From an uncultured Hyphomicrobiales bacterium (GTDB lineage: Bacteria; Pseudomonadota; Alphaproteobacteria; Rhodospirillales; 2-12-FULL-67-15), in contig CAYPQV010000014.1 in the NCBI GenBank assembly GCA_964412955.1, forward strand, positions 20,014 through 84,013: a DNA stretch of 64,000 nucleotides, in the 5' to 3' direction. Numbering within the stretch: position 1 is the stretch's first letter; each line of letters starts with the position of its first letter. Positions 1-7,597 of the stretch are shown one piece after another. The position numbers and the translations under genes were made by a program. The notes below the pieces were generated by a model. The model had not been told where the DNA came from, did no database searches, and worked only from the letters and a program-made list of their open reading frames with translations.

Positions 1-1614
1 GACCTGCCGGTGCAATACGGCAAACCGGAGGAGTTTAAATATTACAAGAACGCCCATCCCAAACCGGACATCGGCGCGGTCAGTCGAGACGATCTCATCA
101 AGACCATCCGCAAGTGCCATCAAACCTTATGGGGCGGCGGCCGTCTCTCGCCGCCGATGGCCTTCGGGGAACTCACCAAGCTGATTTTCTTGAAGACGCG
201 AGATGAGAAAAAACCGCGCAAAAAAGGCGAGCCCTACAACTTTCAGATCAAGACTAACGAAACGCCAAAGCGCCTAGCTGATCGCATTAAAGCCCTGTAC
301 GCGGCGGAGCGGCAGGAAGAGCCAGATGTCTTCAACGATGACATCAAAATCGACGACAGCACTCTGAAAAACGTTGTGCTCCACCTGGAAGGCGTCAATC
401 TCACGGCGACTGATCTTGACACCAAGGGCGTTGCCTTCGAGCAATTCATGGATGGCTTTTTCAAGGGCGACTTCGGCCAATACTTCACGCCGCGCAACAT
501 CATTGCCTTTGCTGTTCAAATGCTCGACATCAAAGCAGATGACACGGTGATGGATCCGGCTTGCGGCTCCGGCGGGTTTCTGTTGCATGCTCTCGACCAT
601 GTGCGCAGGCTGGCCGATGATTATTTTCCCGGCGAAGGGGGTGGCGATGGAGAAGAAGAAAGTGGCCGCCATCGAGATTATTGGCATAGTTTTGCCAAAG
701 AGCGCCTCTTCGGCATCGAAATCAATGAAGAGATTGCGCGTGTCGCCAAAATGAACATGATCGTCCACGATGACGGCCACACGAACGTTATCGGAAGCGA
801 TGCTCTGGAGCCATTGGCCGCCATCTCCAGGAAGAACCATGACTTCGCCACCATCGTCGGTATCGACATGGAAACCGGACGACGCGACGAAAGGAAGGGT
901 TTCACTAAGATTCCTACCAATCCCCCTTTTGGTGCGGTCATCAAAGATGATCTGCATGACTACCTTTCCAGCTACGAACTTTCCCGCTACGTCGCCAAGG
1001 GTAGTAGCAAAAACGACGATGATTTGGAGGACGAAAGCGCCGACCCCACCGCTGGCAAGAAGGCCATCAAGCAGCGGGCCAGCGTCAAGACAGAGATCAT
1101 TTACTGTGAGCGGGTCTGGCAGCTCCTCAAACCGGGCGGACAAGCCGCCGTTATCCTGCCGGACGGGCTGCTAACTAACGCCAGTCTGCAGGGGGTTCGC
1201 GATTGGCTGCTGGAGCGCTTCAAGGTGCTGGCTGTGGTGTCGTTGCCGCAATTCGCGTTCGCTCATTTCGGCGCCGGGGTGAAGTCCAGCGTGGTATTCC
1301 TGGAAAAGCGCGCCGCCAAATTGCGCGCCTTGGGCGACGAGGCCATATTCATGGCCATGGCCGAGAACATCGGATACGACGCAACAGGCCGTACTACGTA
1401 TCAAGTAGATGTGTTGGACGAAACGCTGGGGCAGACCCGTATTGAGCGCCAACGCTGCGATCTTTTCGACTGGCAAGTCAACTTCGATTGGATTCCTGGC
1501 GAAGGCAAGAAGCCCGGCCACTGGTCGGAGCGTCATCGCCATGTGTTGCCAGGCAGCGGTTTGCTTGGTCAATACGCCGCCTTCAAGCGGGACCCAAAAC
1601 CTTTTTTCGTCTAG
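1..1614 (+). CDS. hsdM: Type I restriction-modification DNA methyltransferase subunit HsdM (5' end cut by window edge)
   Basis: The reading frame is open to nt 1. It has AdoMet motif I 'DPACGSGGFL' and N6-adenine catalytic motif 'NPPFG', and is directly followed by an HsdS gene. Confidence 0.9.
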   Translation, partial: DLPVQYGKPEEFKYYKNAHPKPDIGAVSRDDLIKTIRKCHQTLWGGGRLSPPMAFGELTKLIFLKTRDEKKPRKKGEPYNFQIKTNETPKRLADRIKALYAAERQEEPDVFNDDIKIDDSTLKNVVLHLEGVNLTATDLDTKGVAFEQFMDGFFKGDFGQYFTPRNIIAFAVQMLDIKADDTVMDPACGSGGFLLHALDHVRRLADDYFPGEGGGDGEEESGRHRDYWHSFAKERLFGIEINEEIARVAKMNMIVHDDGHTNVIGSDALEPLAAISRKNHDFATIVGIDMETGRRDERKGFTKIPTNPPFGAVIKDDLHDYLSSYELSRYVAKGSSKNDDDLEDESADPTAGKKAIKQRASVKTEIIYCERVWQLLKPGGQAAVILPDGLLTNASLQGVRDWLLERFKVLAVVSLPQFAFAHFGAGVKSSVVFLEKRAAKLRALGDEAIFMAMAENIGYDATGRTTYQVDVLDETLGQTRIERQRCDLFDWQVNFDWIPGEGKKPGHWSERHRHVLPGSGLLGQYAAFKRDPKPFFV

Positions 1615-1649
1615 CCCCCGTTCCCGCAGGGCAGCCAATTTGCTTTGCG

Positions 1650-2999
1650 GTGCGGCGGGGGGAACTGCCAGGAGAGCGACTTGACCCAGGTTATGTGCGC
1701 AATGCTAAGAAACAAAGTTACGTTTATCCCAAACGCAGTCTAGCGAGCTTGGTATCAGAAGAGCCCTGCTATGGCACATCGGCACAAGCAATAGAGCGAA
1801 TCAGCGAGGATCAACCTCGCTATATCCGCATCACAGATTACGGGGAAGATGGCATCACATTGCCGCATGAGTTTGTAGCTGCCGAGGAGTGGGCAGATAA
1901 ACACCGGCTTTCGGTAGGTGACCTATTGTTTGCTCGAAGCGGGGCAACCGTCGGCAAGACCTATCTACATGATGCACGATTTGATCCAGCGGTCTTTGCG
2001 GGTTATTGCATCCGATTCAGGTTCAACAATGAGGTTGAGCCCAAATTCGTCTATGGCTTCACCAAAACAGATGCCTATGCATCATGGGTTGCTGCGGTTC
2101 AGCGCCCAGCAGGGCAGCCGAATATCAACAAGGAAGAATTCAAGTCTTTAGAAATACCTCTTCCGCCCCTCGATATCCAACGACACCTAGTGGCCGAACT
2201 CGACGCAGCTCGCGCCGAGCGCGACCGCGCGTTGGCAAAGGCAGAGCAGTTGCTATCGAGCTTCGAACCGTGGGCAATTAAGGAAATGGGTCTATCAATC
2301 CCCAAAGGCCATGGCCGCAAGGTCTACGCAATTAGAAGGAATGTTGTCACCTCCCGGATCGACCCTTTCTTTCACGCTCCTGAATTCGTTGAGATAGAAC
2401 GGGTGATTCAAGCCGCGTCTCATGCGCCGCTTGGTTCTCTTGTTCAGTTCTCTAGCGACACCCGGAATCCGAAAGAACAATCGGAACCAACCTTCCGATA
2501 CATCGAAATAAGCGGTGTTGACCGTCGCAGAGGACAGGCTAAGGCATCCGTCATTTCCGCCGATAATGCACCGAGCCGCGCACGGATGGTTGTTCAGCCG
2601 GATGACATCATCGTCAGCCTTACACGGCCCCATCATGGTTCGATTGCTTTGCTTAACGAATATCATGAGGGGAGTATAGCCTCTACCGGATTTGCAGTAA
2701 TTCGTCATGTTGATGAAAGCCGAGTCAGTCGTACATTTTTGTGGGCCACCTTGAGACTTTCGCTGTCCCTTAAGCAAATGCTTCGCCGGTCGAGCGGTGG
2801 CAATTATCCTGCAATTACGCAGGACGAGTTAGCGAACGTACTGATCCCGATCCCTTGCGTCTCCATACAAAATAAGATTGTCGAGGAGGTTGTTCATCGC
2901 AACAGCGAAGCCGATCGGCTGGAAGCCCGCGCCGAAGCCGTCTGGCGCAAAGCTCGAGAGCGCTTCGAGCAGCTGCTCTTGCAAGGAGATAAAGTATGA
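1650..2999 (+). CDS. hsdS: Type I restriction-modification specificity subunit HsdS
   Basis: Two-TRD layout with a central conserved helix 'LPPLDIQRHLVAELDAARAERDRAL' and a C-terminal conserved helix 'IQNKIVEEVVHRNSEADRLEARAEAVW'. The TRD motif 'ARSGATVGKTY' is present. The ORF is open from 1488, but GTG 1650 (after the hsdM stop) is preferred; the start is uncertain. Confidence 0.8.
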   Translation: MRRGELPGERLDPGYVRNAKKQSYVYPKRSLASLVSEEPCYGTSAQAIERISEDQPRYIRITDYGEDGITLPHEFVAAEEWADKHRLSVGDLLFARSGATVGKTYLHDARFDPAVFAGYCIRFRFNNEVEPKFVYGFTKTDAYASWVAAVQRPAGQPNINKEEFKSLEIPLPPLDIQRHLVAELDAARAERDRALAKAEQLLSSFEPWAIKEMGLSIPKGHGRKVYAIRRNVVTSRIDPFFHAPEFVEIERVIQAASHAPLGSLVQFSSDTRNPKEQSEPTFRYIEISGVDRRRGQAKASVISADNAPSRARMVVQPDDIIVSLTRPHHGSIALLNEYHEGSIASTGFAVIRHVDESRVSRTFLWATLRLSLSLKQMLRRSSGGNYPAITQDELANVLIPIPCVSIQNKIVEEVVHRNSEADRLEARAEAVWRKARERFEQLLLQGDKV

Positions 3000-4621
3000 T
3001 CCTGTCTGGCATCCTGCACACTTCCCTGGGAGGCTTCACGGTTATTCGGGGTGTCGCTCCCCTTGGGGAACTTGCGCGATGCTCGCGTTTTGATGGTGCC
3101 TACCAGCGCAATCTGATCGAAACGCATAAGGAAGAGATCGAGCGCTTCTTAAACGAGCAACAATATCTATTTTTTCCTGAAGTGATCTTATCTGCATCGC
3201 TGCAATTCGATTTTAAAGCTTACAAGGGTAAACGTACTGTCGCTCCGGTGACAGACATCCTTTCTGGATCAGGCTTTACCTCCAACGTTAACGGCCTATC
3301 CGTGAAGACTGTTACCACAAAACTTCCAAAAAAATTAGAAGTTATTGGCGTCGCTAACGCACCACAACTGGCCTACCTGTATTTGCCGGAGGAACAACTC
3401 GACAAGGGCCTTAAATTATTTCGCATCGACGGCAACCATCGTCTGAGCGCCGCGAATGATTTGAAGCCTGGTGAGATTAATTACATCTTACCCACACCTT
3501 TTTGCATCGTGCTACATGATGAGCCGACGCAAGCACAGCGTTTTGAGAGAGTCGTTTTTCACAATATCAATAGCAAGCAGATACCACTAACTTCCGAAGA
3601 GAATTTACGCCTCATTCTTCAGACAGGTGAGGGTGCGTTATTTTCTGACGAAGATTTTCTTATCAAACCGAGTTTTGGCCCGGCGTATTACTTGGCACGG
3701 AAGCTCTTACCGCAGTTCAGTGCGGATTATCTCGGAGGGCTCGCCAGGCATTTCGAGAATCGGTATACCCTTGCCCTTGCCCTTGCTCAGTTCCTTGTCG
3801 CAAAAGATGAAGAGCTAAAAAAAGCTGTCGATGCGAACAATCTTGATTCGCAAGTCTCGCGTTTGCGGAGTGCACTTAAATCAGTCAACGCTATCTATGA
3901 GGAATCTCACCTGAACCGTCTCCAGGAATCAGGCTGCCATGGCGTGCTCATCGCCTTTGCTTACTTCGCTATCAAGAACGATGGTAAGCAGCTTCCTGCT
4001 TTTGCGCGCTGGGTGATAGGGAACCGCATCGACCGGCTTGCTCCGGCGACTACCACGCGGAGTCTGGGCTACCATTATCACCTGGGACGCACCCAGGCAG
4101 TGGATGCGGCCAGCTTAGTCGAGGTATTTGAAAGTGTGCTGACATCTCGTCGCCGCGAGGTATTCGTATCTATGGAATTCGGGACGCACACCGACGCGGT
4201 CTATGCGGCGATTGAGGCCGCCATCGCACAGGTGAATAAGAGTCATTACCTGCAGCAAGCCGGTCTGGCCCTGAAAACTGTCCGTATTGATCGCGTAAAC
4301 AAAGGGCACAGTTACACCATTACCGACGAAATATTGCAAATTATCGACGGCTGCGGGCTCCTTATCGCCGATCTGACACAAAGTAACAAAAACGTTTACC
4401 ACGAGGTCGGATTTTTGATGGGCCTGAACCAAGGGCGGAGAGAGCCGCACGAGAACTTCGTCTTGATCGCAGACGGCAACAAAATAAAAGACGAGGCCAT
4501 TGGGTTCAACTTACGCCCATGGCAGCAGATTCGCTTTAACGACACATTGGAGCTGACTAAGCGGCTGGTCAATTCACTGGAACACCACTTCGAATTGAAG
4601 GGGTCGGGGCCAGCAGTATGA
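2996..4621 (+). CDS. Uncharacterised RM-linked protein: N-terminal DGQHR/ParB(DndB)-like domain, helical middle region, C-terminal TIR-like / nucleoside 2-deoxyribosyltransferase-like domain
   Basis: The ATG at 2996 overlaps the hsdS stop (ATGA), with an AAGGAG Shine-Dalgarno at 2983-2988. 'AYQRNL' (aa 35-40) and 'FRIDGNHRLSA' (aa 142-152) match the DGQHR-family layout. 'VFVSMEF' (aa 389-395) and 'GLLIADLTQSNKNVYHEVGFLMGL' (aa 67-90 of the C-terminal block) match TIR-like/NDT-like domains. The domain calls are by eye only. Confidence 0.6.
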   Translation: MILSGILHTSLGGFTVIRGVAPLGELARCSRFDGAYQRNLIETHKEEIERFLNEQQYLFFPEVILSASLQFDFKAYKGKRTVAPVTDILSGSGFTSNVNGLSVKTVTTKLPKKLEVIGVANAPQLAYLYLPEEQLDKGLKLFRIDGNHRLSAANDLKPGEINYILPTPFCIVLHDEPTQAQRFERVVFHNINSKQIPLTSEENLRLILQTGEGALFSDEDFLIKPSFGPAYYLARKLLPQFSADYLGGLARHFENRYTLALALAQFLVAKDEELKKAVDANNLDSQVSRLRSALKSVNAIYEESHLNRLQESGCHGVLIAFAYFAIKNDGKQLPAFARWVIGNRIDRLAPATTTRSLGYHYHLGRTQAVDAASLVEVFESVLTSRRREVFVSMEFGTHTDAVYAAIEAAIAQVNKSHYLQQAGLALKTVRIDRVNKGHSYTITDEILQIIDGCGLLIADLTQSNKNVYHEVGFLMGLNQGRREPHENFVLIADGNKIKDEAIGFNLRPWQQIRFNDTLELTKRLVNSLEHHFELKGSGPAV

Positions 4622-4773
4622 TCGGAGTTGCTGTCGGTCTAGGGATGATAACTTTTTTGCTTTAGTAAATTTCTAGAACTATGTTGGTTGATAAATATCG
4701 GGCTGTGATCCCAAAAACTATGACTATTTTGCGCCGTGGACAGTTGGCCTAGTAGTGTGAACGATAAAGGTGG

Positions 4774-5946
4774 CTAGGGATTATCCTCCGGGTCTTCTGG
4801 CGGGCCGTTCCCGGCGGCTTGGGCCAGGGCCACCCCCGGCAAGGGCCCACCGTTCTTAAACCACATGGCCTTCGCCCTTTGGGCGCGATCTTGAAGCAAT
4901 CCTAACCGGAACCGCCCGCCCCCCGTTTCCGGAGTCGTGGTGTAATTTCGGACGATGCTGCAAGGCTCTCGATATGGACTAAACCGGGGCATGGGCGCGG
5001 TTCGGGCAATAAGCTCGTTCTCGCGTGGCGACAGCTTTAGGCTTTGGACCGGCATATCTCGATTCTGACGTTTGACCCGAGCCAAGTTTAAGCCCCGGTC
5101 ATTCGCAATCGCGGCGATCTTGCAGCCGTCGTTGTCCAGTTCCCGGCAAAACTCGGCAAAGGCCCCCATGGGCTGCATCAGTTTAAGCTGCCGTATCTCA
5201 ATTGAGAGCCATGCAAGATCACCGGGCGACAGGTGGCCCATTTCAGTCGGCTTGAAAGGGTACTTAACCGCTTCGTCGGCTTTACGGAGGCGGCCCGAAT
5301 CGCGCCAGTGTGCCCCGACATAGGATCGGGTCCGGGCAAGGAACTTCTCCCATTGCTCGGGAGTGAGCTTTTGGCGTGGCGCATATAGGATATTGGCGTG
5401 GAGATGGAAAGTCCGGGCCTGGTCAATAGTGAACTCAGTCCCCCGAAAAATCATCTCCACGCCGAATTTTTGCCGCGCCAGGTTGGCCCATTTGGACAAG
5501 AGGCGATGAAAGCTCTGAATCTCACCTCGCAAGTTGTTGCCCAGGGGAATACGTGGCCCGGCGGTGACGACGGCGAATCGAACGTAAGAACCTTTATTCC
5601 AAGTCTTAAGAAAATAGCGCAGGGCATTTCGCATCGGCGCGCGTTCTTGTTGCGCGACTAGGGGAAGAAAGCGAATTCGCCGGAACTGATCGGGGGTATC
5701 GACGCACCCTGTTACATCGCCAATCAGGCTAACCGGATTATTGCGCTGATAGGCTGGGATACCGGCTGATTCCAAACTATCCGCCAATGTACGGGTTTGC
5801 GCCTTTAGGGCTTCATTGCGTCGGCGAACTTTACGCCAAACATGCAAAGGCACGCCAATGCCGGTATTGGCAGTTAACAAGTCCTCGATTTTAGTGGCGG
5901 CTTCGCCGCCGTTTTTGTCATGCCGGGCCTTAGGGTGGCCCGGCAT
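4774..5946 (-). CDS. Rolling-circle replication initiator-like / HUH endonuclease-like protein
   Basis: HUH-type motif 'FHLHANILY' (aa 180-188). About 45 aa downstream lies 'EAVKYPFKP', resembling the E..KY..K active-site Tyr motif of pC194/pUB110-type Rep proteins. The gene lies in the island backbone. Confidence 0.5.
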   Translation of the reverse strand: MPGHPKARHDKNGGEAATKIEDLLTANTGIGVPLHVWRKVRRRNEALKAQTRTLADSLESAGIPAYQRNNPVSLIGDVTGCVDTPDQFRRIRFLPLVAQQERAPMRNALRYFLKTWNKGSYVRFAVVTAGPRIPLGNNLRGEIQSFHRLLSKWANLARQKFGVEMIFRGTEFTIDQARTFHLHANILYAPRQKLTPEQWEKFLARTRSYVGAHWRDSGRLRKADEAVKYPFKPTEMGHLSPGDLAWLSIEIRQLKLMQPMGAFAEFCRELDNDGCKIAAIANDRGLNLARVKRQNRDMPVQSLKLSPRENELIARTAPMPRFSPYREPCSIVRNYTTTPETGGGRFRLGLLQDRAQRAKAMWFKNGGPLPGVALAQAAGNGPPEDPEDNP

Positions 5947-6031
5947 GACGGGTTCCGGCGCGTTCCGCGCCGGGGCCGCCTTGGGTTTTAGGGCCGGATT
6001 CGATTTTTTGATTCAGCATCGGTGAAAGAGC

Positions 6032-6061
6032 GGGGCGCGGGGGAAAGTGCCCCCGCGCCCC
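6032..6061. repeat. Perfect 12-bp GC inverted repeat (GGGGCGCGGGGG / CCCCCGCGCCCC) with a 6-nt loop, between the alpA-like and rep-like genes
   Basis: Read directly: arms at 6032-6043 and 6050-6061, loop AAAGTG. It lies about 90 bp upstream of the rep-like start codon on the minus strand. Confidence 0.6.
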
Positions 6062-6147
6062 TTTGGTGCCTTCCGGCCCCAAAATCCCCGGCGGTGCGGC
6101 CAGCCCCACCGGGGCAAAACCGGGGAGAGTGAGGGCGCGGCTGGGCA

Positions 6148-6387
6148 TCAGGCCGCATCCTGGGAAGTATTGAACCGGCGGTGCTTCTCGATCCAGGCGA
6201 TCAAGTCTCGGCGGCAATAACGGATAGATCGGCTGGAAATCTTGATGAAAGCGGGCCCACCCCCGCGTACTCGCCAGTTTTGAAGGGCGCGGACGGTGTA
6301 GCCAAGGAAACGCGCCGCGTCTTGCTCGTTAAGAAGTTGGTCGAAGTAATCAGGCGAAACCGGATGTTGGTGCGCCAAGGTATCCAT
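6148..6387 (-). CDS. AlpA/excisionase-family helix-turn-helix DNA-binding protein
   Basis: 79 aa. 'LLNEQDAARFLGYTVRALQNWRVRGGGPAFIKISSRSIRYCRRDLIAWI' is typical of AlpA/Xis-type HTH_17 proteins found in integrative islands. Confidence 0.8.
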   Translation of the reverse strand: MDTLAHQHPVSPDYFDQLLNEQDAARFLGYTVRALQNWRVRGGGPAFIKISSRSIRYCRRDLIAWIEKHRRFNTSQDAA

Positions 6388-6475
6388 GTTGGTGTTCTCC
6401 GAATAGCGATTGAGCTACTCGGACAACATCCATGAAAACAAAATCTCGAAAAACATCTATAAATAGGGTTGGAAT

Positions 6476-7237
6476 TTATAGTTTCGAGATTTGTTTTCTT
6501 TCATTGAAAAGGGGGCTAACTATTTTGGCTAACGTTTTATCGTTAAGGCCTTTGGTTTTCTTAGGATCATCGGGAAAATGCGTCAAAACCCACTCCCGTA
6601 TCATCGGGAAATAATGCTTCATGGGTTTCGAGAAATTAATTGCGCCTGAGGCATGTAACGTATTGAAAGCCTCCGAAATTTGATGCTCTCGGCTTGGGCG
6701 GCCAGGGCTCTTTATCCCTTCAGGGAAATGGCGTGCGATTAACTCGGCTTCTTGCGCTGGGGCAATCAAACGAAGCCCGGCCATTTCGAGGCCATTTCCC
6801 TTCGCGTAGTCCTTCTCCCATTTGATTTCGCCTGCCCAAAGGTCAAGCGGAGCCGGTTGGGGAATATCTTCAGCCCGACGAGGCAAGGTAAAGCCATAAG
6901 CCTTAAGCTTTCCAGACTGAATCCACGCGAGGCAATTTGCCTTAAGGGTGCGATCTAGTGCGAGGTAAGCGGATACGTCTTTATTATATTTACCCATCCG
7001 ATCTGAAGGCGATTTTTTAGACTGTATAACTTCGGTGAAGGCCGCCAAGCCTTTGTCAATTCCGGCAGAGTCTCTGGCTACGACATATTTCTGCCTAAAA
7101 TCGCTCGACGCAAAACTTACAAAGGCGGAGCTGAGAGGAATTCCGCGTTTCCAAAATATCCAAGGGTCCATGATTGTTCTTGGTGATAAGCCAAGCCTCC
7201 GAATTGGTAGGGATAAAATAGGATTTGTTTTTGGCAA
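6476..7237 (-). CDS. Hypothetical protein (island orphan; no recognisable motif)
   Basis: A 253-aa ORF in the most AT-rich part of the window, on the same strand as the alpA-like and rep-like genes. I recognise no motifs in it. Confidence 0.5.
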   Translation of the reverse strand: MPKTNPILSLPIRRLGLSPRTIMDPWIFWKRGIPLSSAFVSFASSDFRQKYVVARDSAGIDKGLAAFTEVIQSKKSPSDRMGKYNKDVSAYLALDRTLKANCLAWIQSGKLKAYGFTLPRRAEDIPQPAPLDLWAGEIKWEKDYAKGNGLEMAGLRLIAPAQEAELIARHFPEGIKSPGRPSREHQISEAFNTLHASGAINFSKPMKHYFPMIREWVLTHFPDDPKKTKGLNDKTLAKIVSPLFNERKQISKL

Positions 7238-7275
7238 AAATTAGGCAGTTGGGCATTGGCGGCGGAGGAAGTGTT

Positions 7276-7424
7276 ACGCCCCGTATACAGCTACGTATAC
7301 GGGGCGTCTGATTGGATAACGTGTTCTAGGGGGGCGTTATCGTTTTTCCCCGTTACGTATACGTTACGAGAGGCTCGTTAAATGGGGCTCCGTATACGGG
7401 CCCGTATACGTATACGTAACGGGG
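7276..7424. repeat. Palindrome cluster A: six GTATAC cores with C/G-run flanks
   Basis: GTATAC occurs at 7283, 7295, 7357, 7392, 7404 and 7410. There is a 13-bp inverted repeat at 7276-7288/7295-7307 and a 16-bp inverted repeat at 7348-7363/7409-7424. Confidence 0.85.
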
Positions 7425-7452
7425 GGGGCGGATCGGTCGCGCGAGACTACAA

Positions 7453-7597
7453 CCCTAGGGGTATTTCTCGCGAAGAATCCCCTTAGGGGAGTATATCGAG
7501 ACTGCCAACGAAAAACCCCTAGGGGTTTTTGGCCCCTAGGGGGGCATGTCGGGGCTGCTGATGAAAAGTCCCTAGGGACTTTATGTCCCTAGGGGCT
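7453..7597. repeat. Palindrome cluster B: five CCTAGG and one CCTTAGG cores with C/G-run flanks
   Basis: CCTAGG occurs at 7454, 7518, 7535, 7571 and 7588. TCCCCTTAGGGGA spans 7478-7490. There is a perfect 20-bp palindrome at 7511-7530 and an 18-bp palindrome at 7565-7582. Confidence 0.85.

Noticed and set aside
1488-1649. ATG-initiated N-terminal extension of hsdS overlapping 126 nt of hsdM
   Set aside because: The extension translates to an Arg/Ala-rich peptide unlike HsdS N-termini. A start after the hsdM stop (GTG 1650) is more plausible, though unproven.
4622-4773. Search for an hsdR (helicase/nuclease) gene or a terminator downstream of the RM-linked gene
   Set aside because: There is only about 150 bp of AT-rich non-coding DNA before a convergent gene. 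No helicase motifs appear in any frame of the island part within the window. If hsdR exists it must lie upstream of nt 1.
5930-6217. 95-aa minus-strand ORF between the rep-like and alpA-like genes
   Set aside because: It is Pro/Gly-rich, overlaps both neighbouring genes and contains the GC hairpin. It is more likely non-coding.
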